A stretch of 44,547 bases of DNA, from assembly GCF_001194135.2 (NCBI RefSeq), contig NC_068993.1, forward strand, positions 17,266,412 through 17,310,958. Direction: 5' to 3'. This DNA is from Octopus bimaculoides (lineage: Eukaryota). Made by a program: the position numbers and the translations under genes. The notes beneath the pieces were generated by a model. That model worked only from the letters and a program-made list of their open reading frames with translations, ran no database searches and was not told where the DNA came from. This document shows, in pieces, positions 22,593 to 35,805 of the stretch (positions are counted from its first letter, which is position 1; each line of letters opens with the position of its first letter).

Positions 22593-23329
22593 AAAAAATG
22601 ATAAACAAACTAGAACATCTTTTATCATTCGGGCCTAGGGTTAAACATTAACAATAACAACAGTAGCAGTAGCAGTTTGTTATTGCTTAAACAAAAACTG
22701 AACCCACATCCTGTACCCCACCGTACTTCTATGTTATCAACTCTGCAATGCTGACCAATAAACCACTACTAATATTATTTTCCATGCATGTCTAAACAGT
22801 TACAGTAATCTATCCTGTCTTATCCTGTCCTTGGCTGTTTTCCAACTGTAATCATTTCATTGGGGGAAGCAGCAGTTACTCTTAGCTTTCACTACTGCAT
22901 CTATCTCTTCCTGGCATTATTTCCACTTGTATATGCTAATGTCTTGAGATTGTGACATTTCTTCAATCAAATCTCAGACATATTCTTCTCAAGCCCATAA
23001 GCATATCAGCTTTATTTATCTATATTCATTTTTGCCTTATTTTTGTTTTCAAACATAACTTGTGTCATTTTTCAGATATTCAGATATGTGCCAAGCTCAG
23101 CTTGAGGACACATTTTTTAAATAAATGGCACTGTCAACTGTGCATGTGAGTGTATTACATACATATCTTCATGTGTATGTGTGTGTGTGTGTGTGTGAGT
23201 ATATATATATATATATATATGAATACACACACACAAACAAATATATATGCATACATACAGACAGAGAGAAGGAAAAAAGCCAGAGAGATAATTAGTTAGC
23301 TAAATATTTATACACGCACTCACATATAT

Positions 23330-24420
23330 CATCATCATCATCATGATCGTCATCATTTAATGTCCATCTTCCGTGTTGGCATAGTTTGGACTGTTCATCA
23401 GGATGTGAGGAGTCAGAAGACTGTGCTATGATCCAATGGTTCTTGTGGTATGGTTTCTAAGGCTGGATGCCTTTCCTGGTGCCAACCCCTTTACAGAGTA
23501 CTGGGTGCTTTTTAATGGCACAAGCACCGGTGAAGAGTGTCTTCTAACTTGCAAAGCTAAGAGCCAAATGTGGTCCCTATAACTGAAGGAGAATAGAAGA
23601 GAGAGATTGTGATGATTCTAGGCAGGGTGATGGGGGTGGGTAAGTAAGATAAGAGGGAGAGAATTACAGTTGTGAGAGGTTTGTTGTGGAGAGAGTAATA
23701 GAATAGTAGAGTGGGCTCTAACTGGAGGAGGGTGTATGGCAGGGAAAGGGGAAAGGAAAAGGATTTATGTCAAAGGTTATTAGGAAAAGCAGGAGGCAGT
23801 GTGGACTGTGTAAGAAGTATCCTTTGTTACAAGGGCATGCATGGACAGAAGATGTGAGGGAAAGGAGTCAGGAAGTGGGAAATAGACTCAAGGGTAGAGA
23901 AATTCTGTGGTAGTCATTGAAGGAATGAGAGGTGTGAGTAGGCAGGGATAAGAAAATGTGTTGAGGGGAAGAGGGCAGTGAGAGCAAATGAGGAAGGGTA
24001 GAAAACAGTAGGTGAGTGCAGTGAGAACAATGAGGAAAAGTGGGGCTGAAAGATACGGTAGAGTTTAGGAGAAAGGGCAGAGGAAAGTGTGACTACTACA
24101 AAGGCATTCCAAATGGAGAGGCTGTGGAGAGAGGATGGTGAAAGAGTGAGATGGGAGAAGACTAGGTGGGTACAATGAGTGAATGTATTGAGAGATACAA
24201 AGGCTAAAAGACGTCCTAGTAGTATCAGGGTGGGCATAGAGAAAAGTGGAGTTGTTAGGTGATACTAGAGGTAATCCAGGAGAGAGTGCACTGCTAGGGA
24301 GTACAGCAAAAGGAGTATAATAAATGAGATAAAAAAATGGGGAGGTTGTGAGTGATGAAGAGATGAAAGCTATGGAGAAATGAGTTGTGAGGATAAAAAG
24401 TGGGGAAGAAGTAAGATGAC
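23330..24420 (-). mobile_element. RTE-LINE 3' UTR remnant (long purine-rich block on +)
   Basis: (CAT)n-tttaatgtccatcttccg tail, 'ggatgcctttcctggtgccaacccctttacagagtactgggtgcttttt', then about 0.8 kb of G/A-rich sequence. Confidence 0.55.
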
Positions 24421-25157
24421 AGGTGGCTTGGCAAGGTCAAGAATCACATCAGGTGACATTGTCTGTTTTGATATGGTTTTTATAACTCGATGCCTTTCCT
24501 AATGCCAACCACTTTACAGAGTGTACTAGGTGCTTTTTACATGGCACCAGCACCAACAGGATCACCAAGTACCTTGCAAGACAAAAATCCCCTCAACTGG
24601 GAGGGGAAGAGAAGAATTGAGGGGCTGTGGCTTGGAGCCAGTCAAGAAATTTAAGGTATAAGAAGGGACAGATACAGACATCTCAGTGTAGAACAGATAC
24701 ATGGATCATGATAGTTCCTTGAACTTTTTCCAACCTGTTCTTACCCACCCCACCCCGCCCACACAGATTCTGGTAGGTTGAGACAGACGGCACCTTTCAC
24801 TTGCAATGTTTTCTTCACTTCTTTGTACTGAAAACCCAAAAGACAGTTGATGGAAGATCTGTATGTTAGAATTATTACCATGAACTTTGAACTCTAAGGA
24901 CTCAATACTCAGTAACTTAACACTCTAATGGCTCTGTCAAATTAACACCTTGAAATATAGTACAGATACTTATTGTACTATATCTAGCAGGTTGAAAAAT
25001 CAAAGCTTTGACACAGTCAATTTGCTTGAGATTGGGCCCAAGATTATACTGGAAACTTTCACAAGTGATACAGTAACTTCTCTGCAAGGGAGTCAAAATG
25101 TTTGTGTTTATGGTTGATATTTTGTTCCAAGTGGCAAGGTATTCTCAACTACTAGGG

Positions 25158-25460
25158 CAGTGGTTCTCAACTGAGGTCCATATTATAAGACTTTTGGGGT
25201 TCCACAGTAATATTTTATGGATCCATGAAAAATTTTGTTCTTGATGTATTTATTGCAAGAACAGCTGTTTCTTTTGCTAATGTTTTACATAGTTCAAACT
25301 ACACATGTGAATGTGTGATAAATAAAATAGGAATTTTAAAGAAATTATCTATGAAACAAGTTTTTGAGCATTGAATAGCTAGTGGGGTGGGGGCAGCAGT
25401 TCCACCAAAATAAAATAGAAATCAAAGGGGTCCATAGGTGAAAATGGTTGAGAACCATCT
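25158..25460. mobile_element. hAT (Charlie-like) MITE
   Basis: TIRs CAGTGGTTCTCAAC and GTTGAGAACCATCT. Degenerate 8-bp TSD tactaggg / tactaaag. Confidence 0.75.
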
Positions 25461-25919
25461 TACTAAAGGAACTAAGGAACATAATTAATTTACTCGTTGT
25501 AAATCAATTTAAATTTTGTGTAAAGGTTGTTTTAAGTTTAAAAAAAAAAAATCTAATTAAAAATAAAGCACGTGATCAGGAACTAGATTACTGCAATTAT
25601 GAATCTCCTGAGATTTTTTCTAAACTTATATGTTTGCATATTCTGAAACGATGCAGGCGTTTGATCTACAATCTACTATTTACAAAATGTGAAGACGAGC
25701 CAAAATCTCCCTCAAATCCCACTCAATTTTTTTTAGAAAAAAAAAAAAACGTTTGGTAACGTGGTTCTGGGTTCTCTGCATTTAGTAAAAAGACAGGATG
25801 GTAAAAGCTGATCCCCCTTTGATCATGTGTCTGCTCGATCAGGTTGATCTGGGAGAAACAAAATAGTAAAAACATATGTATGTATAGATCGTACATAGTA
25901 ATGAGGGCATGACTAGACA

Positions 25920-27420
25920 ATAGATATTCAATAATCCAAATCGATCTTTACTACTGTTTATATGGCTCCGCCATCGGAGCTGACCTAGGGTTCAATACAA
26001 TACTAGTGAACTCGCAGCAAGGACAATGAGCTATATTTCGTTGTGATAGCGAAGTGGACAGTATGTAAATCATGGTGAGAGATTCTACGAAAACGCCTGT
26101 GACAATAAACTGCCGGCTCTGTCATGGATCTCTGTTCATTTCGCCTGTCAGTGTTCTGGATATAGAAGTCGGTGAGATATAGTATAGTAAAAGGAATTAG
26201 TACAAACGAGTATTAACGTGGGCGCTACTTTGATCTTTGTTTTCGGCAAAAGATGTCCCTGAGTATTATTTACCCGGAGTTTTATGGATATCACAAAGTT
26301 ATTCCAGTGTAGCAATTTTTTTTTAGCTCTAGACCAGCTGGGATTCACAAAACCTGCAACAACTAAATGTAACACACTGATCCTGGGTACCAGATTTCTA
26401 ATACTCCCGCTTTATTGGGGACAACAAGCTTTTTGAAGTGCAGTGGTTTTATTGCATCGTGTGCAGTGAGCTCCATTTGGGCCAGCTGTTTTCTATTGTC
26501 TGTATATCTGCTGTTGTTGTTGCTGTTTAGCCCAAGGTCAGCCTTAATTTAACAGACCAATGATCAAAGTTTCAATCGTGACCATCCCGTCTTTTAAAGT
26601 CTCTGTAGAGTTATTTTATCTAATGTGTTTTGTTTTTCTTACTTAAGAGAGAAGGGTGTGATTTCATGGGGATTTGGCTGCCTTTTCTAGAACGTCGAGC
26701 GACCACATTACACTTCTTCATAGGTTCCGTAGGGCGGCCATAATCGAAGTAGACTGGACTAGCTCGGTTGGAGCACTTGCTGGTCCACTGCACTTATTAA
26801 TGGTGAGACAAATGAGGTCATTGATGTGCTACTGTTGTTGTTGTTGTTATGTGTGTTTGAACTGAAGGTGTTGGTTGTATTCTTAAGATAGTGTTGAAAT
26901 AGTGTTCTGGAGCATTTAATTTGAGACAGTTAAACATCTAATAATATAGACTGTGTAGTGTGAAGCTCGTTACAGAAACAAACTGTTATCATTTGTCTTT
27001 TTCTTGCGTATTTTTGTTACATTCTAAGCTATCTGTGTAGAACACGTGAAGATGCGAAATGAGCTCTTTCTGTTTTCTGTAGTATGTTGTGATTTTAGTA
27101 AGAAATTGAAGGCCGGGTAAGGACTGGATCCATTTTATTTTGCGAGGTTGCCTAAATGCGGTGCAATGATCTTGTGCTTTTGTACGTTTTCCTTTCTTTA
27201 CCACCTTTTGTGCGCTGTGAAATGTAATTCCTCATATTTTGTTTTTCTACGTAAATGTGATAGGTTTACAGCAGTCCACTTGTTCAGTCACTGCGTGGAG
27301 TCAGGCTATTTATCAAAACCACAACAAAGCGCATGTGGCGAGATGTGAACCTGTCTCCACTTTGGTCTGTAGATCAACACTTTAATACTACAAAAAAACT
27401 TTATGCAGACGCATGTGGAC
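25920..27420. promoter_or_regulatory. CpG-retaining putative promoter / 5' exon region
   Basis: Mostly unique, CpG-rich sequence. Donor-like sites TCG|gtgaga (~26170), ATG|gtgaga (~26802) and CGG|gtaagg (27117); GGCGGCCAT motif near 26733. Function is inferred. Confidence 0.35.
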
Positions 27421-27441
27421 TTGTTTGTATTTCATAATCAA

Positions 27442-27822
27442 GGCGCAGGAGTGGCTGTGTGGTAAGTAGCTTGCTTACCAACCACATGGTTCCGGCTTCA
27501 GTCCCACTTCGTGGCACCTTGGGCAAGTGTCTTCTACTAAAGCCTTGTGAGTGGATTTGGTAGACGGAAATTGAAAGAAGCCCGTCGTATATATGTATTT
27601 ATATATGTATGTGTGTCTGTGTGTCTGTGTTTGTCCTCCCACCATCGCTTGACAACCGATGCTGGTGTGTTTACGTCCCCGTAACTTAGCGGTTCGGCAA
27701 AAAGAGACCGATAGAATAAGTACTAGGCTTCCAAAGAATAAGTCCTGGGGTCGAATTTCTCGACTAAAGGCGGTGCTCCAGCATGGCCGCAGTCAAATAA
27801 CTGAAACAAGTAAAAGAGTAAG
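27442..27822 (+). mobile_element. SINE type A, tail 1, near full length, CpG-intact
   Basis: 'aggcgcaggagtggctgtgtggtaag...gaagcccgtcgta...cttagcggttcggcaaaaagagaccgatagaataagtac...ctgaaacaagtaaaagag'. Confidence 0.93.
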
Positions 27823-29739
27823 ACAGAAAGAGAAGAGATAATTGCTTTTCACTCCCACGGCAACTGGTCTGACCTGCACAGTGCATACTGAACACTGGCA
27901 ACAGTTGTAGTAATGGTACAGTAGAAGTGAGAACACTAGCAACTGCTGTAGTAATTGTAATGGTATTGTGGTAGTGAGAGGTACTGTAAGCAAGAAAGGA
28001 GAAACTGACACCTGTCGGTTAGTTTGTAAACAACATTTTATAGTACTCATGACTTCAGCTAAACAAATTCTAAATATAGATCTATCTTCTTGTATATGTG
28101 TGTAGTTCCTCCATGTATAGTGACAAAAATATTGGCACAGTCTTGACAAAGCATGTTAACATTAATCAAGCATTCGTTTGAAATTGCTCCAAACATAATT
28201 GCATTCCCAGTGGGTATTTGGCAGAGTTGATGTTGGGTCCAGAGATTGCTTTCTAGTTCCATTCCAGTAGAAAATAGCAGTACAAGTGACTTTGTGTTGT
28301 TGTTTATATAAAGTCACGCTTTGCCATTTATGGCGAGCATTTCCAACACTTGACAATATTTTTAACGTTGGATATGAATCAACATTTAACTGTAAACCTT
28401 CGTGTCGACATTTTAAAGCTTAAATCATTTAATGCTTACAACCAAATGTTTCGAACGTGTTTTGTCAAAAGTAAAACAACATAATAAGGAATTAATAAGG
28501 AAGTTGGATGCATTTATCAGAATTAATGTGGTGACCTTGTTATTCCGATGATCGATTACAGCAATTAAGTGTGGTATAAGATAGGTGTTACCTATTTTGA
28601 TATATTTCTCTGTAAAATTTGTTATTGTTTTTCTTAATGGATTAGGAAAATCTTAAAGTTTTTAGGAAAGTTATACTTGTTGATTAAATTACTAAATTAC
28701 TTCTGATATTTTTCATATTGAAGTTATTTGTACTAATTAAATTACTTTTTAGCAAAATTAATTTTTTAAATAAATTGTATTTGATTTTAATGTTTTAAAA
28801 CCAATCTGCAGAATAATTCAATATTTTGACCACAAAAGCGGAAAAGACGCCTTTTATTTCAAAACGAGCCCTTATTAAAATGTCTAGTGTTCCTTTTTGT
28901 TATATGTGGAGCTAATTCTTTAATTTCTGAAATTATCTTTTCTTTAAGTCATTAAATGTTATCTCTAGGATGCTTGGACATGGGTTTATGTAGTCTAGCC
29001 CCTGATTATTCTTAATTGAACAGATCCATCATTAAAGATATTCCACATGCGGTGATTCTGTCATTCTTTTAGGAGTATATAGAACTGCATTATCAAACGT
29101 GTCCTTTCCTCCTTTTAAGACGGTCAATTTGGCTGCTAATTCTAGTAGCGAGAAGGACCACATTTATGCTCCCTCGTTGGCTCATTATATCAGAGAAAAC
29201 GCAGATGTTTGAATCGGGACAACTCAGAGGTTCATATGCTGTTACTGGCATGATGTGTCTGTGGTCAAGAACTTAACCTCAGAGCTTCAGTCCACTTAAT
29301 TCTACATATATAACGTTGGGCAACAGCAAGCACTGTCTGCCATGTAAAAGATCTCTCCATCTTTGGCTTTAATATTTCCCACCAATCTATTGATTTCTTC
29401 AATTAATGAGAGTATCTCCATTCTAAGATGGAATACAGCTTGTTTATGGTTTTACAGTTCTTTCTTTGATTGGCTATTCAGATGTAAATGTTTTGGTATT
29501 CGTTATATTTGCGCATTCACAAACCCTTGCTTGCTTTCAATATATTTATTCTATTTTATTTTATAGAAATTATATTTTATTAAAATAGCGATGTATTCAC
29601 TGAGGATCGAATATAGAACATATACATTTTAAAAATAAATGTGGTTGCGGTCACGAAGGACATTTGAAAGGCAATCAAAATGGAATATTTGTAATTTTTG
29701 TAGTATGAATCAAGGTTATGGATAATAATAATAATAATA

Positions 29740-29773
<34 letters not shown>

Positions 29774-30589
29774 GCTGAACACACACACACAGACATTTAT
29801 TTATTTATCTATTGAAATTGTTTCATCCGAGGAGGTGTACAACTATAGTTCGGTACTCCCCGACTTCAGTATTTTTCAGATTAATACGTTTGAAATATAA
29901 TTTCTTGATCTACGCTCTCGAAAATGTATTATCTCAGAATGTCTTTAAAATGTGCATTTGAAAGAGTTATGAAGGAACAAAGTTTGGGGTGTGGGGAGGA
30001 TTTAAAAAAAAATTCTATCAACATAATTGTTATCTACGCTATCAAAAATTTACCTCTGCAAAATTCCATTTAAATATCTGCATTTCTTAGGCATATTTCT
30101 GAACCTAAGTTAAGGGGCATCAAACTGTAGTTATATCAGATGTGGAAAGTTAGCTACCATGTCTTTTCACAGAGCCTCTGAGATTAGTGCAATGAAATGA
30201 AGATGTTACCCTCAGAGCAGATACCTGCACTAAATGATTACAACAGAGGGGATTCCGATAAAAACATCCAAGAGCAAATGATGATTGTGGGTGGGTCAAC
30301 AGATTAAGTTGACCACAAAAGAACAGGAATGATTTCTGTAACAGGTTTCCATGCAGTTTCTGTTTAGCAAATTTTGTTCACAAGGCTTTGGTCAATACAA
30401 GGCCATTGTAGAAGATACTTGCCTGAGGTACCTGGCATTGGTATCAAATTCGAAACTACATAGTTGCGAAAAAACTAGAATTGCCAAAGAAATTATGGAT
30501 AAGCTAATGTATCTGATGCAAAAGTTTCAATTAAAGATATTTTCTTTTACATATCTAACCATCTGTCATTCCCACTCACACTCTTAACC

Positions 30590-31095
30590 CCACCCCAATC
30601 CACTGTATATGTTCTCCCTTATACTTACTTTTTTCTACCTTGAGAGTATGCTCTGGTACCCAATCATCACCATCTTTATCTTCCTTCTAGTTACTCTCAT
30701 CCACTTTTGTATAATGTGAAGCAGTCGTATATTTTCTCTCTAGCAAGATGCCTTTGTTTGTCCCTATATTATGCCTTCAACACCTGGCATAAACCCATTT
30801 CCCCCTCCCTCAAATACACTCCTACTCAGTTGAGAGGGCTTTTTATCTTTTCCTTTCATTCTTTTCTTTATCTTACAAGTTACTTGGCATCATTGCTAGT
30901 GCCATTGTCATGCAAACCACATCTGGTAAGAACTATAAAGTAGTTGGTGTTTGGAAGGGCACCTGGTCTTAGAAACCATGCCAAAGCTGACATTGGAGCC
31001 TGACCAAGCCCAGCAGTTCATTGGATCCTGTCAAATTGTCCAACTCATGCCAGCATGGAAAATGAACATTGAATAATAATGTTGATGATGGTGAT
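30590..31095 (+). mobile_element. RTE-type 3' UTR/tail remnant
   Basis: Pyrimidine-rich block, then 'gtagttggtgtttggaagggcacc...catgccagcatggaaaatgaacatt...gatgatg'. Confidence 0.55.
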
Positions 31096-31911
31096 CTGTC
31101 AGTTTTCAACAATAAAAACGTCGCTGTTAAAACAGCTCATTTAAGTATTTTGTTTGTATCTTGTTTTGTTGTACATTACCTTTTTTTTTTTTTGGCAGTT
31201 ATCCAAAATATTCATCAGCTCTTATTAACAACACACTATTAATCTATTATTGATATATTTTTACAGATTAACAAGGTTAATGTCAACTATAGAGAAAAAG
31301 GCAATATAAGCTGGATGGAAAATACCAGGACAATTCAGTCTGCAGTTGGCATTTAAAAAAAATACAAACTTACTGCAGTGTCTAAGTTAACATCACCATC
31401 TGATCATTAGATGCTTTAGTGCAAATATTCAGACCAAATACACTGTTACTTCTCTGGCAACACTATTGCTGCAGAAATATCCTGCAGGTGTTCTAACTGA
31501 GCACCAGCTGCATCATTCTTGCCAGTCTGGGACCACCTGCAAGGATCACTGTCCATCATCACATGGTAGATACAATCTTCAGTACATGTCAAAACCTTAC
31601 TAACACTTAAGCTCTTCTCCATTTTATATGTTTATAATTTTTCAGTATATTTTATATTTTATGTCATATATATAAATATATACATATATAATTTTTATAT
31701 GAATAATATATATATATATCATCATCATCATCATCATTATTTAACATCCATTTTCCATGCTGGCATAAACAAGAATATTATTGACAGTAACCTCAAAGTT
31801 TCGGCTAGTTTAATATTCTTGCTTAAATTTGTACTCTACAAAAGTATAGAGTAACTTGTCAGATTCATATAAAATTGTTTTTATTATAACTGAACATAAA
31901 AACAAATATTA

Positions 31912-31958
<47 letters not shown>

Positions 31959-31992
31959 NNNNNNNNNNTATATATATATATATATATATATA

Positions 31993-32414
31993 CAGGGTGG
32001 TTGTTAGAAAAGCAGAAAATTTGTGAAATGCTGATTTATATTTTCACAAGATCTATTTAAGGTAAACCATAAGCTTCACAAAGTGAGATATCATATCAAC
32101 TCTCACAAATGTTCAAAATGTCTTCTGTGCACTTTGTGATTGTGTTTTAATCAAGAAATCCAAGCTTGGGTAGCATTTTGAAGTATAACTTGAGAGATGT
32201 CATTCCAAGCTTTTATCAAGCACATTTTCAATTCATCAATGATGGTTATATAGCATTGATATTTCTGTTGTTAATATCAAGCTCCAGACAGTAAGCTCCA
32301 TTTAAGTGTGGACTCTTTGAAGGCCAATCTTCAGGTGCAATAAAGTCAGGTAGATTGTTGGAGAAACTGAACTGTTTTGCCTTCAAATTTTCCGCTTTTT
32401 GAGCAACCACCCTG
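31993..32414 (-). mobile_element. Internally deleted Tc1/mariner (maT-like) element with both TIRs
   Basis: TIRs CAGGGTGGTTGTTAGAAAAGCAGAAAATTTG and caaattttccgctttttgagcaaccaccctg, TA TSDs. Minus-strand remnants PDFIAPEDWPSKSPHLN and IDELKMCLIKAWNDISQ. Confidence 0.88.
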
Positions 32415-34344
32415 TATATAAATATCAGTAAGAATTTGTCAGGTTTATCTAGTTAAGAGAAAAACTGAGAATAAGTATGAAAGGCTTGAATTATTGTGAA
32501 CTGTAATGCAGTTTGTTCATATTGATTGGAATGTTGGTTCATATGAATGTATGTGAATGAGAATAGTGAGGGTCTATTCTAAGTCAAACTAACAGAGTAA
32601 CTAGCTTGGGGTTATAATCAGAATGATTAGTTAGGTTATTAATGAAATAGAAGGCAGAGAAAATAGCTGGTGCATTAGTGATAGTTATTGTGATGTTACA
32701 TGCATTGGGTATGTAGCTTGTTCGTTAGTAATTTCCTGCTTAGTTAATCAGCTTTTGCACCAGGATATCACTGATGACTAGCATAATAGTATCGTCATCA
32801 TTTTTATTACAAAAACAATTACAGAGGCATCAGAATGATAGACCAAGTCTAGAAAACTGAGAAACTAGTAGCGTAGTTCCTGGATAGGGTTAACTTGGAT
32901 TGAATGTAGTTCTGGTTTGTGGTAACTTGTAGAACGCTTACATAGGAACAAAACTACCATTTTGTATTTGTTGATCTAGTGAAGGAAGTTTTGACAGGGA
33001 CCTTCACTCTGTATCTTGGTGAAAATAGGTAAAAATGTATGGCTCACGAGGGCTGTGCAAGCTACATATGAGGACAGTGTTAATATGGTTCATGTCAGGA
33101 GCAATTTCAATGAGTATACAGGTAGATGTTTACTAGGGTTCAATTCTCAACTCATATTCATTATAGCTATTGAGGTCATAACACAAAAGTTTCTGAATTT
33201 TTATTTGGCAGTGCTCTCATTCTCATAGTAGAATCAGTTGAAGAAAAAGTTGTAAGCCTAGAAACATGATCTAGAGTTCAAAAATCTAATGATCAATATG
33301 TCAAAGTTGAAAATGTAAGAGAGTATAATATCCTAGACACATTTGGGTATCAACAAGGAATGCGATTCTATTTACTTGGGGTAAGAAAAAGGAACATAAA
33401 AGACCTAGTGAGACCTCTAACAGATTGAGAAAGAGACCAAATCTTCCAATATGATAAATGTACAGGAGTAATTAATAGCAGAAGTACCCATGAAATCTTT
33501 GAATTGTACTTGGATAGCTGACCAGATATAGCTGGTAGTTTCTGATACTGAGATGATATTATTAGAGGTAGATGTCATGGAAGCAAAGTTGCCAAAATAA
33601 GAGAGGAGTAAAGGACGTTCAGAGAACCCTTGTCACTGTTGGTAATAAACAGTTTATTTCATTGTACAAAAAAGAAAAAACAAACAAACAAACTGTGCGC
33701 AAGAAGTGCTACTGTGTGGTTGTAAGATATAGGTATTAAATGTCTCAGATCTGTACTGGTTAGAGTAAAATGAAGAGTTGGCTGCTATTTCTACCAGGCC
33801 AAGTGACTATGTAAAGGCTTCCCTCTTGTGGTTTTATAAATAAAGAAATAGATGTAAAGAGTAACAAATGAATAATATATAAAATATTCATAGCTAAGGA
33901 GAGTATTCATATAGTAATTAATAGGATTGAGGAACAATCAGTATTCCTTGGAGACCTTAAAACAGGGTTTCTCAACCTATTTTACCCCAGGCCCCACTAT
34001 AATTTCTCAGAAAAATGTATGCTCCACTGGTGGTTGGGAAAAAACAACTGTATTTTTAATATTCTATCACAATTATTTAATACAAAATAATTTTCCAGTA
34101 ACTCGTTTATTAAGTACCGAGTATTGACTTCTCATAATTATATAATTTCCTTAGAGAAATATCCATACTAGGTCATTAGAATAGCACTATACTGTAGTAA
34201 ACAGTCTTCATAAAGTATGTTTGGCTGGAGGGACTGGTTTGGCCAGGCTGAGTATAAGTGTAGTATGTTTGCTGTGAAAAAAAGATTTTCACAAATCCAT
34301 TCCCACTAAAAAAAAAAAGAGAAAATATTTTGGATCTCACTTGG

Positions 34345-34660
34345 TTCTGGGTTCAGTCCCACCACAAACTATCTTGGGCAAGTGTCTTGTACTCTAGATC
34401 CAGTTCAACCAAAGCCTTGAGTGTGGATTTGGTAGATAGAAACAAAGAAGTCTGTCATGTATACATTTATATATATGTGTGTGTTTGTGTTTTAGTGTTT
34501 GTCTTCCTCTTGACAATCAGTAATTTAGCAGTTAGGTCAAAAGTTCTATAGAATAAGTACCAGGTTTAAAAGTAAGTACTGAGGTCTATTCGTTTGACTG
34601 AAACCTTTCAAAGCAGTGCCCCATCATAGCAGCAGTCCAATGACTGAAACAAGTAAAGGA
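34345..34660 (+). mobile_element. SINE type A, tail 1
   Basis: 'gggttcagtccc...ttgggcaagtgtc...gtggatttggtagatagaaac...atagaataagtaccagg...gactgaaacaagtaaagg'. Confidence 0.85.
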
Positions 34661-35274
34661 TGGAAGGATTTGACATTAGTTACATAATAACATATGTATT
34701 ATGATCCCTGTTAGTCATGGCAACTAGAGATATCATGTGATGAATGTGCAATGAGACTAACTCAAAACTAATAAATTATTACTTTCCTAGTAAAAAAAAA
34801 GTGCAAGACAAGAAACAAGGGAGATAACAGATGTTGGAAAATGTACTTTTTAATCGAGAATGACAAACGAATAAATTTGTGTCTATGTGTGAATGTAAGT
34901 ATACCCTTCCCCGGCAAAAAGAAGAAAAATGATAATAAAAGAAACAGCAAAGATTTAACTTATGAATCAGAGACAATCCCCCACTTTTTTTTCACCACCA
35001 GCATTGTGATTTTTTAAGTGATTTGCAAATCCACATACATGAACAAACACATTCATGCCTAATGTGAAATATGACTAAATCCGGAATTAATAGTCCAACC
35101 GAATAACTTATAATAGGACATAAAAATGTGGTTATTGGCGGAGCCACATTAAGAACTGATTCTCTACATAGGTATATGTACAAGTATGTATGTATAAGCA
35201 CACAGACATACACACACACACGTGTGGTGCATGCACATATATATCCATACATGTTATAGTGGTGTGTGTGTGTG

Positions 35275-35326
<52 letters not shown>

Positions 35327-35348
35327 TGTACATATATATTTATGTGTA

Positions 35349-35384
<36 letters not shown>

Positions 35385-35588
35385 GCACCGAGAAGGAAGT
35401 GCTTTTCCCACTCACCAATGTGAATGGAATTTAGGCCAGGAGGAACTGTCATCAGACATTATATATATATATATAATTATTTGCAGGATTCATTTGATTT
35501 GAGGTAATTTAATAAGGACACTAAGGGTTAAGAATAGAATATCCATGTATCAACAATACATATGGACACTCACACACATATATATATA

Positions 35589-35805
35589 CAGTAATCCCTT
35601 GCCATATTGTGGTTCACCTATCGCGGTTTGTTATTTAAGCTTACATCGATTCCTCCATAGTGTTGTTTTGTATTTATAATAAAATAAATACAAACAAATT
35701 ATAAAAATAATTTTAAAATATATACAGTGCTGTTTCTACTTCATGGACTTTCACCTCTTGTGGGGGGTTTTGAGACATAACACCTGCAATAGTCGAAGGA
35801 TTATT
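35589..35805. mobile_element. pogo/Tigger-type MITE
   Basis: TA|CAGTAATCCCTT left end and degenerate right end 'atagtcgaaggattattta'. Confidence 0.6.

Noticed and set aside
25965-25988. GCTCCG-ccat-CGGAGC hairpin followed by CTAG (Helitron 3' end?)
   Set aside because: Spacing to CTAG is only 4 nt, no following T, no 5' TC partner, and it overlaps a family B tail.
27269-27435. WRDVNLSPLW resembling the CENP-L N-terminal motif (with KVIYSTL at ~37709)
   Set aside because: Only short matches 10 kb apart. The second is followed by a stop and other CENP-L motifs were not found.
32440-33640. Possible ancient CR1/L2 LINE on the minus strand
   Set aside because: No convincing RT or endonuclease motif could be read, so it was not annotated.
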